From Gemmatimonadaceae bacterium (GTDB taxonomy: Bacteria; Gemmatimonadota; Gemmatimonadetes; Gemmatimonadales; Gemmatimonadaceae): a DNA stretch of 64,000 nucleotides. Of this stretch, positions 9,005-19,564 are shown piece by piece. Under the pieces are notes generated by a model. The model worked only from the letters and a program-made list of their open reading frames with translations, had not been told where the DNA came from and did no database searches. Each line of letters begins with the position of its first letter. The stretch's first letter is position 1. A program made the translations under genes and the position numbers. Location: NCBI GenBank assembly GCA_051859245.1, contig JBHYGA010000001.1, positions 576,001 to 640,000 of the forward strand, written 5' to 3'.

Positions 9005-10321
9005 TCAGTCGCGCGCTGCCCCGCGTCCGATCCCGGAGTACGCAAACCCTGCCGCGTTCGCTTCTTCGGCGGGATACACGTTGCGCAGATCGACCAGCAC
9101 GCGTGATTTCATCGCGGTGCCAAGTCTGTTCAGATCCAAGGCGCGGAACTCATTCCACTCGGTAATGAGCACCAGCACGTCGGCGCCTTCGGCGACCTCG
9201 TACGGGCCGTCGCACCAGATCACGTCCGGGAGCAGCGACTGTGCCTCGTGCATTGCGGCCGGGTCATACGCGCGCACTACGGCGCCGGCGTCCTGCAGCG
9301 CCGGTACAATCGCGAGCGCGGGTGCTTCGCGCATGTCGTCGGTGTTCGGCTTGAAGGCCACGCCGAGTACACCCACCGTTTTGCCGCGCACGCTACCACC
9401 ACACGCCTGCATCACGCGCGACGCCATGGCGCCCTTCCGCGTGTCATTCACCTGAATCACCGTCTCAACAATGCGAGCGGGCGCACCATACTCCTGCGCC
9501 GTGCGTGCCAATGCGACGGTGTCTTTCGGAAAACACGAACCGCCGTAGCCGGGTCCCGCGTGCAAGAACTTCTTGCCGATGCGACCGTCGAGACCCATAC
9601 CGCGCGCGACATCCTGCACATTCGCACCAACCTTCTCGCACAACTCCGCCATCTCGTTGATGAACGTGATCTTGGTGGCAAGAAATGCGTTGGCCGCGTA
9701 CTTGGTGAGCTCGGATGTTTCGAGTGACGTCATCACGATTGGCGTTTCATTCAGATAGAGCGGGCGGTAGAGCTGTTTCATCACCGCCTGCGCACGCTCG
9801 GTTTCCGCACCAATCACCACACGGTCCGGGCGCATGAAGTCGCCAATCGCCGAACCCTCGCGCAGAAACTCCGGATTGGACACCACGTCAAAATCGGCGT
9901 CCGGCGCGGTTTCGCGAATGATCTGCGCAACTTTCCTGCCCGTACCAACCGGCACGGTGCTCTTGGTCACCACCACGGTGTAGCCCGTGAGTGCTTTTGC
10001 GATTTCCACCGCCGCCGCCTCCACGAAGCGCAAGTCGGCGTGACCATCGCCGCGACGGCTTGGCGTACCGACCGCGATGAATACGGCGTCTGCTTCTCGT
10101 ACCGCTGCTGCGAGATCAGTGGTGAAGAACAAGCGCTTGGCGGCCAGTCCCTTCTGCACCAGATCTTCCAGTCCGTTCTCGTAGATCGGGATCTCGCCGC
10201 GACGCAAACGCTCCACCTTATCAGCGTTGAGATCGACGCAGGTGACCGTAGGCCCGAACTCGGCGAAACAGGCGCCCGACACTAGCCCGACGTATCCCGT
10301 ACCAATCATCGCAATGCGCAC
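9005..10321 (-). CDS. ugd: UDP-glucose 6-dehydrogenase
   Basis: GTGYVG Rossmann motif, KSTVPVG, NPEFLREG, GYGGSCFPKD, FKPNTDDMR. Confidence 0.96.
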   Translation of the reverse strand: MRIAMIGTGYVGLVSGACFAEFGPTVTCVDLNADKVERLRRGEIPIYENGLEDLVQKGLAAKRLFFTTDLAAAVREADAVFIAVGTPSRRGDGHADLRFVEAAAVEIAKALTGYTVVVTKSTVPVGTGRKVAQIIRETAPDADFDVVSNPEFLREGSAIGDFMRPDRVVIGAETERAQAVMKQLYRPLYLNETPIVMTSLETSELTKYAANAFLATKITFINEMAELCEKVGANVQDVARGMGLDGRIGKKFLHAGPGYGGSCFPKDTVALARTAQEYGAPARIVETVIQVNDTRKGAMASRVMQACGGSVRGKTVGVLGVAFKPNTDDMREAPALAIVPALQDAGAVVRAYDPAAMHEAQSLLPDVIWCDGPYEVAEGADVLVLITEWNEFRALDLNRLGTAMKSRVLVDLRNVYPAEEANAAGFAYSGIGRGAARD

Positions 10322-10324
10322 GAA

Positions 10325-11341
10325 TCAATCTCCAATGTTGTAATACGAGCGATACCACTGCACAAACGCGTGTACGCCGTCTGCGATTGGCGTTTTGGGC
10401 GCGAACCCGACGTCCTGCACCAGCGCTTCCACGTCGGCGTACGTGGCTGGCACGTCGCCCGGCTGCATGGGCAGCATGTTCTTTTCGGCCGTGCGTCCCA
10501 GCGATGCTTCGAGCGTGCGAATGAGCTCCATGAGCTCCACCGGGTTGTTGTTGCCAATGTTGTAGATGCGATACGGGGCGCGACTTGTGGCGGGATCGGG
10601 GGTGTTGGAATCCCAGTCGGCGTTCGGCAACGCGGTGTGATCCGACGTGCGAATCACACCTTCCACGATGTCATCGATATAGGTGAAGTCACGCTGCATG
10701 CGCCCGTGATTGAAGACATCAATCGGGCGCCCTTCCAGAATGGCTTTCGTAAACAGGAACAGCGCCATGTCCGGTCGGCCCCAGGGGCCGTACACGGTAA
10801 AAAAACGCAATCCGGTGGTTGGCAGCGCGTACAAATGACTGTAGGTGTGCGCCATCAACTCGTTCGCCTTTTTCGTGGCCGCGTACAACGAGACCGGATG
10901 ATCCACGTTCTGGTGCACCGAGAACGGCATGGCCGTGTTCGCGCCGTACACGCTCGAGGACGATGCGTACGTAAGGTGTTGCACACCGTGGTGTCGGCAG
11001 CCTTCAAGAATATGCAGAAAGCCAACAAGGTTGCTGTCGATGTACGTGTGCGGATGCGTGAGTGAGTATCGCACGCCGGCCTGCGCGGCGAGGTTGATCA
11101 CGCGCTCGAACTGGCCTTCGCGGAACACACGCTCCACTTCAGCGCGGTCTTCAAGCCGGACTCGCTCAAGACGAAACGCGGGAAACTCGGCCAGGATCTT
11201 GAGCCGCGCTTCCTTGAGCGTGACATCGTAGTAGTCGTTTACGATGTCGAGCCCAACGACTTCGTCGCCGCGCTCAAGCAGTCGTTTGCTGGTATGGAAA
11301 CCGATGAAACCGGCCGCGCCGGTCACCAGATGTTTGGCCAT
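10325..11341 (-). CDS. NAD-dependent epimerase (UDP-glucuronate 4-epimerase type)
   Basis: [42 protein letters not shown]. Confidence 0.95.
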   Translation of the reverse strand: MAKHLVTGAAGFIGFHTSKRLLERGDEVVGLDIVNDYYDVTLKEARLKILAEFPAFRLERVRLEDRAEVERVFREGQFERVINLAAQAGVRYSLTHPHTYIDSNLVGFLHILEGCRHHGVQHLTYASSSSVYGANTAMPFSVHQNVDHPVSLYAATKKANELMAHTYSHLYALPTTGLRFFTVYGPWGRPDMALFLFTKAILEGRPIDVFNHGRMQRDFTYIDDIVEGVIRTSDHTALPNADWDSNTPDPATSRAPYRIYNIGNNNPVELMELIRTLEASLGRTAEKNMLPMQPGDVPATYADVEALVQDVGFAPKTPIADGVHAFVQWYRSYYNIGD

Positions 11342-11434
11342 GTCAGATCTCTTCGCTGGAAAACAAACCCCACACACGCACGTCTCTATCAGACGAATCT
11401 AGCGACGTTGGAGTCACCGGCGTGGCGACATTCG

Positions 11435-12361
11435 TCACGGATGCGAACCGACCGCCTTTCGTGCCGGTCGCTGCAATATCACGACTGCGGCCAGAATTCC
11501 CGCGCCGCCAAAGAGCGTGCCAATGCCGAGCTGCTGGCCGAGCAACAGCAAGCCGAGCACCGCCGTCCACACCGGTTCAATCGTACTCATGATCGCGGCG
11601 CGCACCGGTCCGAGGCCGGCGAGACCGGTCAGAAATCCGAGAAACGCCAACGCCGTCAGTACGCCCATGGCCACGCTGAGCGAGAGCATGCGCACGCTGG
11701 GTATCTCCCAAAGTTCACCGGACAACAAGCACCACGTGGCGAAACACAAGGTGCCGCCAAGTGCCACGGCGTGCGATGCACTGAGCGGCGAAATGTTGCG
11801 CTGTCGTACGCTCATGGCGGGTATGTAAATCGCGTACACCACCGCCGCGGCAAGTGCGAGGAACACACCAATCGGAGACAGTGCACCGCCATCCGGTGAG
11901 CCAACCATCGCGGCCACGCCGGCGAGCGCCAGCACGAGCGCGAGCACCTTCATTTTGGTAACCACTTCAATCCCGCGAATGGCGCTCAGCACCGTGACCC
12001 ACGCGGGATACGTGTAGAAGAGAAATCCAATTGTCGCCGCGGGCAAATACACCAGCGCTGAGAGCGTGAGCGACGCGATCAGAAACTGCGCGCCCCCGCC
12101 GAGCAGGGTGATGTCTGCTTGTCGCCAGGCGGCGGGTTGTGCACGCGCGACCGGATCACGCCTGCGCGCGCGATACGCCAGCAGGCCAAGCAACAGCGCC
12201 GATGTTCCGTAGCGCCAGAGCTGCACCGTCTGCAATGCACTGCCGTCACTCGTGGCCATGGCCGTGAGCGGCGAGACCGAGCCAAAACAACACGCGCTCA
12301 GTACCACCCACAACGTGGCGTTGAGCGCCGACGGTTTACTCCTCGCCGTTGTTTCGGACAC
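11435..12361 (-). CDS. DMT/EamA-family transporter
   Basis: About 10 hydrophobic helices in two EamA repeats; GPVRAAIMSTIEPV motif. Confidence 0.88.
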   Translation of the reverse strand: MSETTARSKPSALNATLWVVLSACCFGSVSPLTAMATSDGSALQTVQLWRYGTSALLLGLLAYRARRRDPVARAQPAAWRQADITLLGGGAQFLIASLTLSALVYLPAATIGFLFYTYPAWVTVLSAIRGIEVVTKMKVLALVLALAGVAAMVGSPDGGALSPIGVFLALAAAVVYAIYIPAMSVRQRNISPLSASHAVALGGTLCFATWCLLSGELWEIPSVRMLSLSVAMGVLTALAFLGFLTGLAGLGPVRAAIMSTIEPVWTAVLGLLLLGQQLGIGTLFGGAGILAAVVILQRPARKAVGSHP

Positions 12362-12363
12362 GC

Positions 12364-13812
12364 TCAGCTCAGAACGCTGCGAAGAAAAATGGACGCCGCG
12401 GTGAAGTAGATAATGATCCCGCTCACATCGACCAGCGTAGCGACAAAAGGCGCCGAGGCGCTCGCGGGGTCCGCGCCAAGTCGGCGCAGAACGAACGGCA
12501 ACATGGAGCCGACTAATGACCCAAACGTGACGACGCCAACGAGCGCGACCGAAACGGTCAACGCAATCGGTAGCGCCAGCCCCTCGTAGTCATGACCAAG
12601 CGCGACGTTGCCCACACTCCAGCTGCCATTGGCCATACTCTGCCACACGATGATGCGCACAAAACCCATCGCCCCAAGCAACAGGCCAAGGGAAAACCCC
12701 GTGGGCAGCTCGCGTCGTGCAACACGCCACCAGTCTTTCAGCGTGACCTCACCCAGCGCCATGGCACGAATGATCAGCGATGTCGCTTGCGAACCGCTGT
12801 TGCCACCCGACGCGATGATCAATGGAATAAACGACGTGAGAATCAGCAGCTTGTCGAGCTGTCCTTCGTACCGATGAATAGCTGACGCCGTAAACAGCTC
12901 GCCCACGAACAGCACGGCCAGCCAGCCGCCGCGTTTCTTGAGCATGTCGACGAGCCCGATTTGCATGTACGGCTCGTCGAGCGCTTCCATACCGCCAAAC
13001 TTTTGCGCGTCTTCGGTCTGCTCTTCCTGGATGACGTCAATGACGTCGTCTACCGTGACCACGCCCAGCAGACGCCGCTGCTCATCGACCACAGGCAGCG
13101 CGACAAGGTCGTAGTTCGACGTAATGTTCGAGACTTCTTCCTGACCCATATGCGGGCCAACGCTTACCACTTCGCTCCACGCGAGGTCGTTCAGTCGCGC
13201 ACCTTCGGGCGCCGCCAGCAGCTCGCGCAGTGACAGCACACCACGAAGTCGACCGTTCTGATCCGTGGTGTAGACGGTGTACATCGCTTCTTTACGACCG
13301 GCGCGCGCCATGGCGCGCACGGCACGCAGCGCTTCTTCCACCGTGAGTGATTCTGCCACCGAGACAAACTCGGTGGTCATCAGGCCACCGGCAGTATACG
13401 GATCGTACGCGAGCAGACGCTCGGTCTCAGCGGCCGCCGCCGGTGTTAGCTCGGAAAGAATGTCGTCGGCGGTTTCCTCATCCAGCTCATCGAGCACGTC
13501 GGCGCGCTCGTCCGGCGTCATCTGCTCAACGAGCGTCGCGGCATCACGCGCCGAGAGCGTTTCGAGCACCTCCGTGCGCATCTCCTCGTCGAGATACTCG
13601 AGCACGTCGGCCGCACGTTCCTTCGGCAGCGCCGCCAGCAAGGCTGCCACGCTCTCCAACGGCATCAGCTCGGCAATGTCTGCGAGGTCGGCCGGGTGCA
13701 GCTCCTCCGTTTGCGGACCGATGCTCTGAGGCGCCTCCTCGAGAAGCTCGAGCAGGTCCGGCATCAGCAGCGCCGCGAGCGGGCGGTCGGGGTTCGTAGG
13801 CATCGGCATCAT
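12364..13812 (-). CDS. mgtE: Magnesium transporter MgtE (start uncertain among three nearby ATGs)
   Basis: HPADLAD N-domain, CBS pair (TAGGLMT), GGNSGSQA, DPASASAPFVATLVDV. Confidence 0.95.
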   Translation of the reverse strand: MMPMPTNPDRPLAALLMPDLLELLEEAPQSIGPQTEELHPADLADIAELMPLESVAALLAALPKERAADVLEYLDEEMRTEVLETLSARDAATLVEQMTPDERADVLDELDEETADDILSELTPAAAAETERLLAYDPYTAGGLMTTEFVSVAESLTVEEALRAVRAMARAGRKEAMYTVYTTDQNGRLRGVLSLRELLAAPEGARLNDLAWSEVVSVGPHMGQEEVSNITSNYDLVALPVVDEQRRLLGVVTVDDVIDVIQEEQTEDAQKFGGMEALDEPYMQIGLVDMLKKRGGWLAVLFVGELFTASAIHRYEGQLDKLLILTSFIPLIIASGGNSGSQATSLIIRAMALGEVTLKDWWRVARRELPTGFSLGLLLGAMGFVRIIVWQSMANGSWSVGNVALGHDYEGLALPIALTVSVALVGVVTFGSLVGSMLPFVLRRLGADPASASAPFVATLVDVSGIIIYFTAASIFLRSVLS

Positions 13813-13891
13813 TGGGGCGTTGGCGGGGGCAAGTTACCTCGCGATGCGCACCGGGTGAAGCGAGGAGCCCCGGATCCGATTATTTATCATC

Positions 13892-14815
13892 ATGCTACGC
13901 ACTGCTTTCCTGGGCCTTGGCGCTATCGGCACCCCGATGGCGCGTCATCTCGCTGGCGATCGCTTCGATCTGTGCGTGTGGAATCGCACGATGTCGCGCG
14001 CGGAACAGTTCGCGTCGGAGCACGCGGCGGGGCTGCGACGCACACCGGCGGAAGCGGCAGCCGGGCGCGACGTGGTCGTCACCTGCTTGCCCACGTCGAA
14101 GGAAGTGGCCGCGTTGCTCGATGGCCCCGACGGTTTGCTCGCCGCCATGGCGCCCGGCAGTACGCTGCTCGACTGCACCTCGGGCGATCCGGCCACGTCC
14201 AGACAGATCGCTGCTCGACTGGCCGAACGCGGTGTGCATTTTGTGGACGCGCCCGTTTCCGGCGGTGTCGTGGGTGCGGAACGCGGTGCGCTCACGGTCA
14301 TGTGCGGCGGCGAAGCGGAGGCGATCGATCGGGTGCGGCCGATCCTCGAATCGTTTGGCCAGCGGATTGTGCACGCCGGACCAGTCGGCGCGGGGCACGC
14401 ACTCAAAGCGGTGAACAACGCGCTCCTGGCCATGCAGATCTGGGGCGCGGCCGAGGGGCTGGCGGCGCTGGCGAGTGCGGGCGTACGTCCGGACCTCGCG
14501 CTCGAGGTGATCAACGCGTCGAGCGGACGCAGCAACGCCACTGAGAATCTCTTTCCCGAGCGCGTGCTGACGGGCGCGTTTCCGCGTACGTTTCGTGCGG
14601 CGTTGCTCGACAAGGATGTTGGCATTGCCGCCGATCTGGCGCGTGCGCAAAAGATTCCGTCGCCCTTGCTGCAACTCACCGCGGAGCTGTGGCGGATGGC
14701 GCACAATGAGCTTGGCGAAGTCGCCGATCACGTGGAGGCCGTTCGCGTGGTCGAGCGACTCGCCGGTGTGGCGCTTCGTGCAGGTCCGCTTCCGCTAGAC
14801 CCTTCCCATTCATGA
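13892..14815 (+). CDS. 3-hydroxyisobutyrate dehydrogenase-family NAD(P)-dependent oxidoreductase
   Basis: FLGLGAIG, FVDAPVSGG, KAVNN motifs. Confidence 0.9.
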   Translation: MLRTAFLGLGAIGTPMARHLAGDRFDLCVWNRTMSRAEQFASEHAAGLRRTPAEAAAGRDVVVTCLPTSKEVAALLDGPDGLLAAMAPGSTLLDCTSGDPATSRQIAARLAERGVHFVDAPVSGGVVGAERGALTVMCGGEAEAIDRVRPILESFGQRIVHAGPVGAGHALKAVNNALLAMQIWGAAEGLAALASAGVRPDLALEVINASSGRSNATENLFPERVLTGAFPRTFRAALLDKDVGIAADLARAQKIPSPLLQLTAELWRMAHNELGEVADHVEAVRVVERLAGVALRAGPLPLDPSHS

Positions 14816-16056
14816 CCGGTCCATTGCTCACTCACACGGTTGCAGACACGCACACCATTCGCTCGCTGTTTCCGGCGCTTGAGCGTATGCATGGCGATGA
14901 ACGGGTGGCATACTTTGATGGACCGGGAGGCACGCAGGTGCCATCCAGTGTTGCGCACGCCATGACGGACTATCTGTTCCATCACAACGCGAACACACAC
15001 TGGCAGTATCCCACCAGTCAGGAAACCGACGCCCTCATTGATGCGTCGCGCACCACCCTTGGCGAGTTTCTGAACGCAGCGCCGCACGAGATCGCTTTCG
15101 GCGCGAACATGACGACGCTCGTGTATCACCTCTCGCGCGCGATCGGACGCACGTTGTCACCAGGTGATGAAATCATCGTGACCGAGCTTGATCACCACGC
15201 CAATATTGCGCCGTGGCAAGCGTTGGAGCGTGAGCGTGGTATTGTGCTCAAGTGGATCCCACTCGATCTGCACACGTCGCACCTTGATTTTGATGCGTAC
15301 GCGCGCGCTCTGTCGCCGCGCACAAAAGTCGTTGCGCTGGGTGCCGCCTCAAACGCGCTCGGCACGATTACCGATGTGCGCTCGCTTATCGCGATGGCCA
15401 GGGACACCGGTGCGCTGACGGTTGTGGACGCGGTGCACTACGCGCCGCATCATCTCGTGGACGTCCAGGCGATTGGATGTGATTTTCTCGCCTGTTCGGC
15501 GTACAAGTTCTATGGTCCGCATATCGGCGTACTGTACGGACGAGCGGATGCCATCGCCGCGCTTGATGTGCCCAAACTCGAACCGGCGCCCAACGTTGGT
15601 TCGGAGCGCCTCGAAACCGGCACGCAGAATCACGAGGGTATTGTTGGCGCCGCCGCCGCGGTGGATTTCCTCGCGTCCCTCGCGCCTGCGGATATGGGCA
15701 CGCGCCGTGAACGACTCGCCGCGACCTTTGACACACTGCATCATCGTGGCGAGCAACTCATTGCGCACTTTTGGGATGGCATTGGTCGGATGCCGTGGGT
15801 AACCCCGGTGGGACCGTTGCCGGGTAGCGCGCGCACATCCACAGTGAGCATGCGCGTTCGCGGCGGCTCCGACGCGGCGGCCCGTGCGCTGGCGGCACGC
15901 GGATTGTACGCATCCAACGGCGACTTCTACGCGAGCACGGTGGCGCGGCGACTCGGCGTGCAGGAGGAAGGCTTGTTGCGCATTGGCTGCATGGCCTACA
16001 CCACCGACCGCGAGATCGACCGTTTGCTTGCCGCGCTGCACGAGCTGCGGTCATGA
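14812..16056 (+). CDS. Cysteine desulfurase-like PLP protein (class V aminotransferase, VC1184 type)
   Basis: YFDGPGGTQVP, LDHHANI, DAVHYAPH, SAYKFYGPH, GDFYA. Confidence 0.9.
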   Translation: MTGPLLTHTVADTHTIRSLFPALERMHGDERVAYFDGPGGTQVPSSVAHAMTDYLFHHNANTHWQYPTSQETDALIDASRTTLGEFLNAAPHEIAFGANMTTLVYHLSRAIGRTLSPGDEIIVTELDHHANIAPWQALERERGIVLKWIPLDLHTSHLDFDAYARALSPRTKVVALGAASNALGTITDVRSLIAMARDTGALTVVDAVHYAPHHLVDVQAIGCDFLACSAYKFYGPHIGVLYGRADAIAALDVPKLEPAPNVGSERLETGTQNHEGIVGAAAAVDFLASLAPADMGTRRERLAATFDTLHHRGEQLIAHFWDGIGRMPWVTPVGPLPGSARTSTVSMRVRGGSDAAARALAARGLYASNGDFYASTVARRLGVQEEGLLRIGCMAYTTDREIDRLLAALHELRS

Positions 16057-16916
16057 GCACGCCGTCGGACCTCCACGAGTTGCTGCGCACGGCACTGCCG
16101 GAAATCAAAGCGCGCGCCGCGGCGGCGAACGTTACAGTGCGCTGTGAGCCAGCGCTTGTGCCCGGTGATGTGACCATCACACCCGAGGCGTTGCGCGCAG
16201 CGATCTTTGCACTCGTGGACAACGCAATGCGCGCCATGCCGAACGGCGGCACGTTGACCATCCGCACGGAACACGTGGAGGCCGCTGGCGCCGAGCTCGG
16301 ACCAGTACCACCGCTTACTCCGGGCAAGTACATGCGCGTCACGGTGCAGGACACCGGTACCGGCATGGACGAAAGTACGCGCGTCAAGGCGATTGATCTG
16401 TATGCGGAAGAATCGCGTGGGTTGACCACCGTGCTTGACACACTGCGCGAGGTGCGAGGTGCGCTATGGCTCGACAGCGCGATTTCGTACGGCACACGTG
16501 CGTTTCTCTATCTCCCGGTTGACACGGATGCGGCCAGCCGCCGTCGCGCGACCGTGCTGTTGGTGGAAGACGAGAGTGCCGTCCGCAGCGTGGTGCGTCG
16601 CATGTTGCTCGGGCAGGGATTTGGCGTGCGCGAAGCGCGCGACGGCGAAGCAGCGCTCCGGCTGTGGCATGCGGAACGCGCGCACATTATTGCGGTCATT
16701 ACCGATGTGGTGATGCCGGTGATGGGCGGACGCGATCTCGCGCGCGAGTTGCGTATGCTCGACCGCGATTTGCCCGTGCTGTTTATCTCCGCCTACGCGG
16801 GTGATGAACCCGGCTTGCTTGATGGTGTGGTAGAACCGCGCAAGCTGCTGGCCAAGCCGTTTACCAATGAGGGCTTGCTCGAGGCACTTCGCAGCCTGCT
16901 CGCCGAGTCCGAGTGA
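16053..16916 (+). CDS. Degenerate HATPase domain plus receiver domain protein
   Basis: NAMRAMPNGG and DTGTGMD boxes; REC with VEDE, TDVVMP and KPF; no HisKA H-box. Confidence 0.8.
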   Translation: MSTPSDLHELLRTALPEIKARAAAANVTVRCEPALVPGDVTITPEALRAAIFALVDNAMRAMPNGGTLTIRTEHVEAAGAELGPVPPLTPGKYMRVTVQDTGTGMDESTRVKAIDLYAEESRGLTTVLDTLREVRGALWLDSAISYGTRAFLYLPVDTDAASRRRATVLLVEDESAVRSVVRRMLLGQGFGVREARDGEAALRLWHAERAHIIAVITDVVMPVMGGRDLARELRMLDRDLPVLFISAYAGDEPGLLDGVVEPRKLLAKPFTNEGLLEALRSLLAESE

Positions 16917-18112
16917 CACGACCGCGCCGTGCGGCGATCGTGCTGTTGGCAGTGCTGCTCGGCGCGGCGTGCGTCGATCGTGCACCAGTCGCGTCGGTCC
17001 CGCCAGAAGCCGAGTTTCTCGTGGCAGCGGGTGACTCCACGTACTGGATTCGAAGCAGCAGCGACGGACTGCGGGTGCGAAGCGCGCCAATCCTGCTCAC
17101 GCGCTTTGAAACGCAGTTTCATGAGCTGAGCATTGTCGAGGAGATAATTGATTTCTTCGACGCCGAGTTTGTACGCGAACGCCTTTTCGGATATCCGGTC
17201 ACGAGTGCTGATTCCACGTTGCTCTATGCGGACGACGCGGTCGAGCAGGCCATGGCGCGCTGGATGTCGGCGAATCCCGACGAAACACCGATCGATGCGA
17301 GCGACGAAGATGCACCCGAGCCTGAGTCGTCGGCGGCCGATTTCATCGAGGTGATTGATGTGCACGGTCGTTGGGTGAGTTGGGCGCACGCCATTGATAT
17401 CGATGTGGTGGGTGCGGATCGCCACCTGCATGAACGCCGTCGAGGTGTTGTTGATATTGTGACCGGTGCGCGCGCGACGCTGGATTCCCTGATGTCGCCG
17501 GATGACGCGCGGCGTGTGGAGGCGTCTGGTCGCGCCGCGCTCGACACCATGCTCAGCGTGGTGCGTACGGCCACCGACGAGCGAGCGACTGAGGCGCGTT
17601 CTACGCTGCATACGTTTGCGTTTGATCCCGCGTCCTTCAGTATCACCGATATTGCCGGTGCGCCGGCGGTGGTGTTTCATGTGGCCGGCGTGAACGCCGA
17701 AGGCGAAGCGCTTGAGTTACTGGTGCCGCCGATCGCGTTCCCACAGTCGCCGGCCTGGTGGAACGACGTCCGTCGCACGCTTCCGGTCTGGTCGTCGGAT
17801 TCGTTGACGGTGCGCTGGACACACGGTGCCTATGCGGTGGCAGGGACGGTTGATTCGTCTCGCACGTTGCTTGCACTGTCGCTCATGGCGGATACGGCGA
17901 ACGCCCGCCCGTGGCCGATTGCCGTGGTTCCAATGCCGGCGTATCAGTTCATCGCGCTCACGGCGGACACGTTTACGGGCGACCTCCGTGCCGCGCTGAT
18001 ACGCACGTTTGAAGACGCGTCGGCTGGTGACCCGTACGCCACGCGTGCACAGCGTCGTCCCGCACCGCGCGTTAAGCGATCGCCTCTTTTTCTCAACACG
18101 AGTGTTCCGTGA
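16913..18112 (+). CDS. Hypothetical lipoprotein
   Basis: Lipobox-like LGAAC; 4-nt overlaps with both neighbours. Confidence 0.7.
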   Translation: MTRPRRAAIVLLAVLLGAACVDRAPVASVPPEAEFLVAAGDSTYWIRSSSDGLRVRSAPILLTRFETQFHELSIVEEIIDFFDAEFVRERLFGYPVTSADSTLLYADDAVEQAMARWMSANPDETPIDASDEDAPEPESSAADFIEVIDVHGRWVSWAHAIDIDVVGADRHLHERRRGVVDIVTGARATLDSLMSPDDARRVEASGRAALDTMLSVVRTATDERATEARSTLHTFAFDPASFSITDIAGAPAVVFHVAGVNAEGEALELLVPPIAFPQSPAWWNDVRRTLPVWSSDSLTVRWTHGAYAVAGTVDSSRTLLALSLMADTANARPWPIAVVPMPAYQFIALTADTFTGDLRAALIRTFEDASAGDPYATRAQRRPAPRVKRSPLFLNTSVP

Positions 18113-18609
18113 GTACACGTCAGGCACGACCCGTTTCTGAAAGCGCACACGTGTCCAGCGAACTGATCATGCCGCAGGACGCGAATATTTTAGGCCACGT
18201 GTTTGGCGGCGCGATCATGGCCATGGTCGACAAAGCCGCCGCTGTCGCGGCGTTCCGGCACGCGCGCGCGAACTGCGTCACGGCGTCCATCGATCGCGTT
18301 GATTTCAAGGAGCCCATTCATGTGGGCGAGCTGGTGTCGTGTCTGGCCTCGGTGAACTTCGCGGGCAACACGAGTATGGAAGTGGGTGTGCGCGTGGAGG
18401 CCGAAGATCTGATCTCGGGCATACGTCGGCATACCAACACCTGTTATCTCACGTTCGTCTCGATTGATCGAAACGGCCGCCCCGTTCCGGTACCGCCCGT
18501 ACTGCCGCAGTCACCGGATGAAGAGCGCCGTTACGCGGCGGCTCAGGCCAGACGCCGCCGTCGGCTCGAAGAGCGGCAGGCGGAGGCGCGTCAGGACAGC
18601 GGCACCTGA
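18109..18609 (+). CDS. Acyl-CoA thioesterase (hotdog fold, YciA-like)
   Basis: PQDANILGHVFGG, VTASIDRVDF, GNTSMEVGV. Confidence 0.93.
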   Translation: MSTRQARPVSESAHVSSELIMPQDANILGHVFGGAIMAMVDKAAAVAAFRHARANCVTASIDRVDFKEPIHVGELVSCLASVNFAGNTSMEVGVRVEAEDLISGIRRHTNTCYLTFVSIDRNGRPVPVPPVLPQSPDEERRYAAAQARRRRRLEERQAEARQDSGT

Positions 18610-19544
18610 TCGTGCGCCGCAGGTTCCTCGACCAGCGGTAGCACCACTTCCATCCCATCGCGCGCGATCTGCGTGTTGGCGAAGACCGCGCGCGCCTCGG
18701 CCTCCAGCAGCTCTGTTTCGCGCGAGTAGCGCGCGGAGATGTGGGTGAGGAGCAAGCGTCGGGCACCAGCCGCTTTGGCCACGCTGGCGGCCTCAGCCGC
18801 CGTAGAATGGCCGGTTTCCACCGCTCGCTCGCCCTCGTCGTTGGCGAAGGTGGCTTCGTGCACCAGGACATCCGCGTCCCAGGCCGCCGCGATGGTCGCG
18901 TCGCACGGGCGTGTGTCGCCGGTGAGGACGATCTTCCGACCGCGACGTGCGTCACCAACCAGCATGGCCGGCGAAATTTCGCGTCCGTCCGGTAGGGTGA
19001 CGGTTTCGCCCTTGTGGAGCTTGCCCCACAGGGGCCCTTCGGGCACGCCCATGCTGCGAGCGAGTTCAGGATTGAACCGCCCCAGTCTGTCGTGCTCCGC
19101 AACGGCGTAGCCGAGGGCGCGACTGGGGCCGTGATCGACGGCAAACGTGACGATCTGATAGCCCTTTCGTTGTAGCGCCGAGCCAGCATCGATCTCGGTC
19201 ATAGTGACCGGGTAGGTGAGGTGATCTCCCCCCAGTGTGATGCATTGACGCAACGTTTTGGACGAGCCACGTGGGCCCCACAAGCGTAACGGTTCGGTCC
19301 GGCCCTGTAACGCCATCGTTCGGAGCAGGCCCGTTAAACCGAGCACATGATCGGAATGGGTGTGCGTAAAAAAGATGTCGTCGAGGCTGAAAGAAACGCC
19401 GTAACGCATCATTTGACGCTGTGTTCCCTCTCCACAGTCGAAGAGCAGCGTCTCGCCTTCTCGCACAATTGCGAGCCCGCTGACGCCGCGTTCAATGGTC
19501 GGACGCGCGGCCGACGTGCCTAAAAAACGAATAGAAAACGACAT
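18591..19544 (-). CDS. rnz: Ribonuclease Z
   Basis: LGTSAARPT, FDCGEGTQRQ, THTHSDH, exosite GVPEGPLWG, GDTRP, HEATF, GHST, LTHISARY. Confidence 0.95.
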   Translation of the reverse strand: MSFSIRFLGTSAARPTIERGVSGLAIVREGETLLFDCGEGTQRQMMRYGVSFSLDDIFFTHTHSDHVLGLTGLLRTMALQGRTEPLRLWGPRGSSKTLRQCITLGGDHLTYPVTMTEIDAGSALQRKGYQIVTFAVDHGPSRALGYAVAEHDRLGRFNPELARSMGVPEGPLWGKLHKGETVTLPDGREISPAMLVGDARRGRKIVLTGDTRPCDATIAAAWDADVLVHEATFANDEGERAVETGHSTAAEAASVAKAAGARRLLLTHISARYSRETELLEAEARAVFANTQIARDGMEVVLPLVEEPAAHDQVPLS

Positions 19545-19564
19545 CCGGCAAATATACGACGTCG

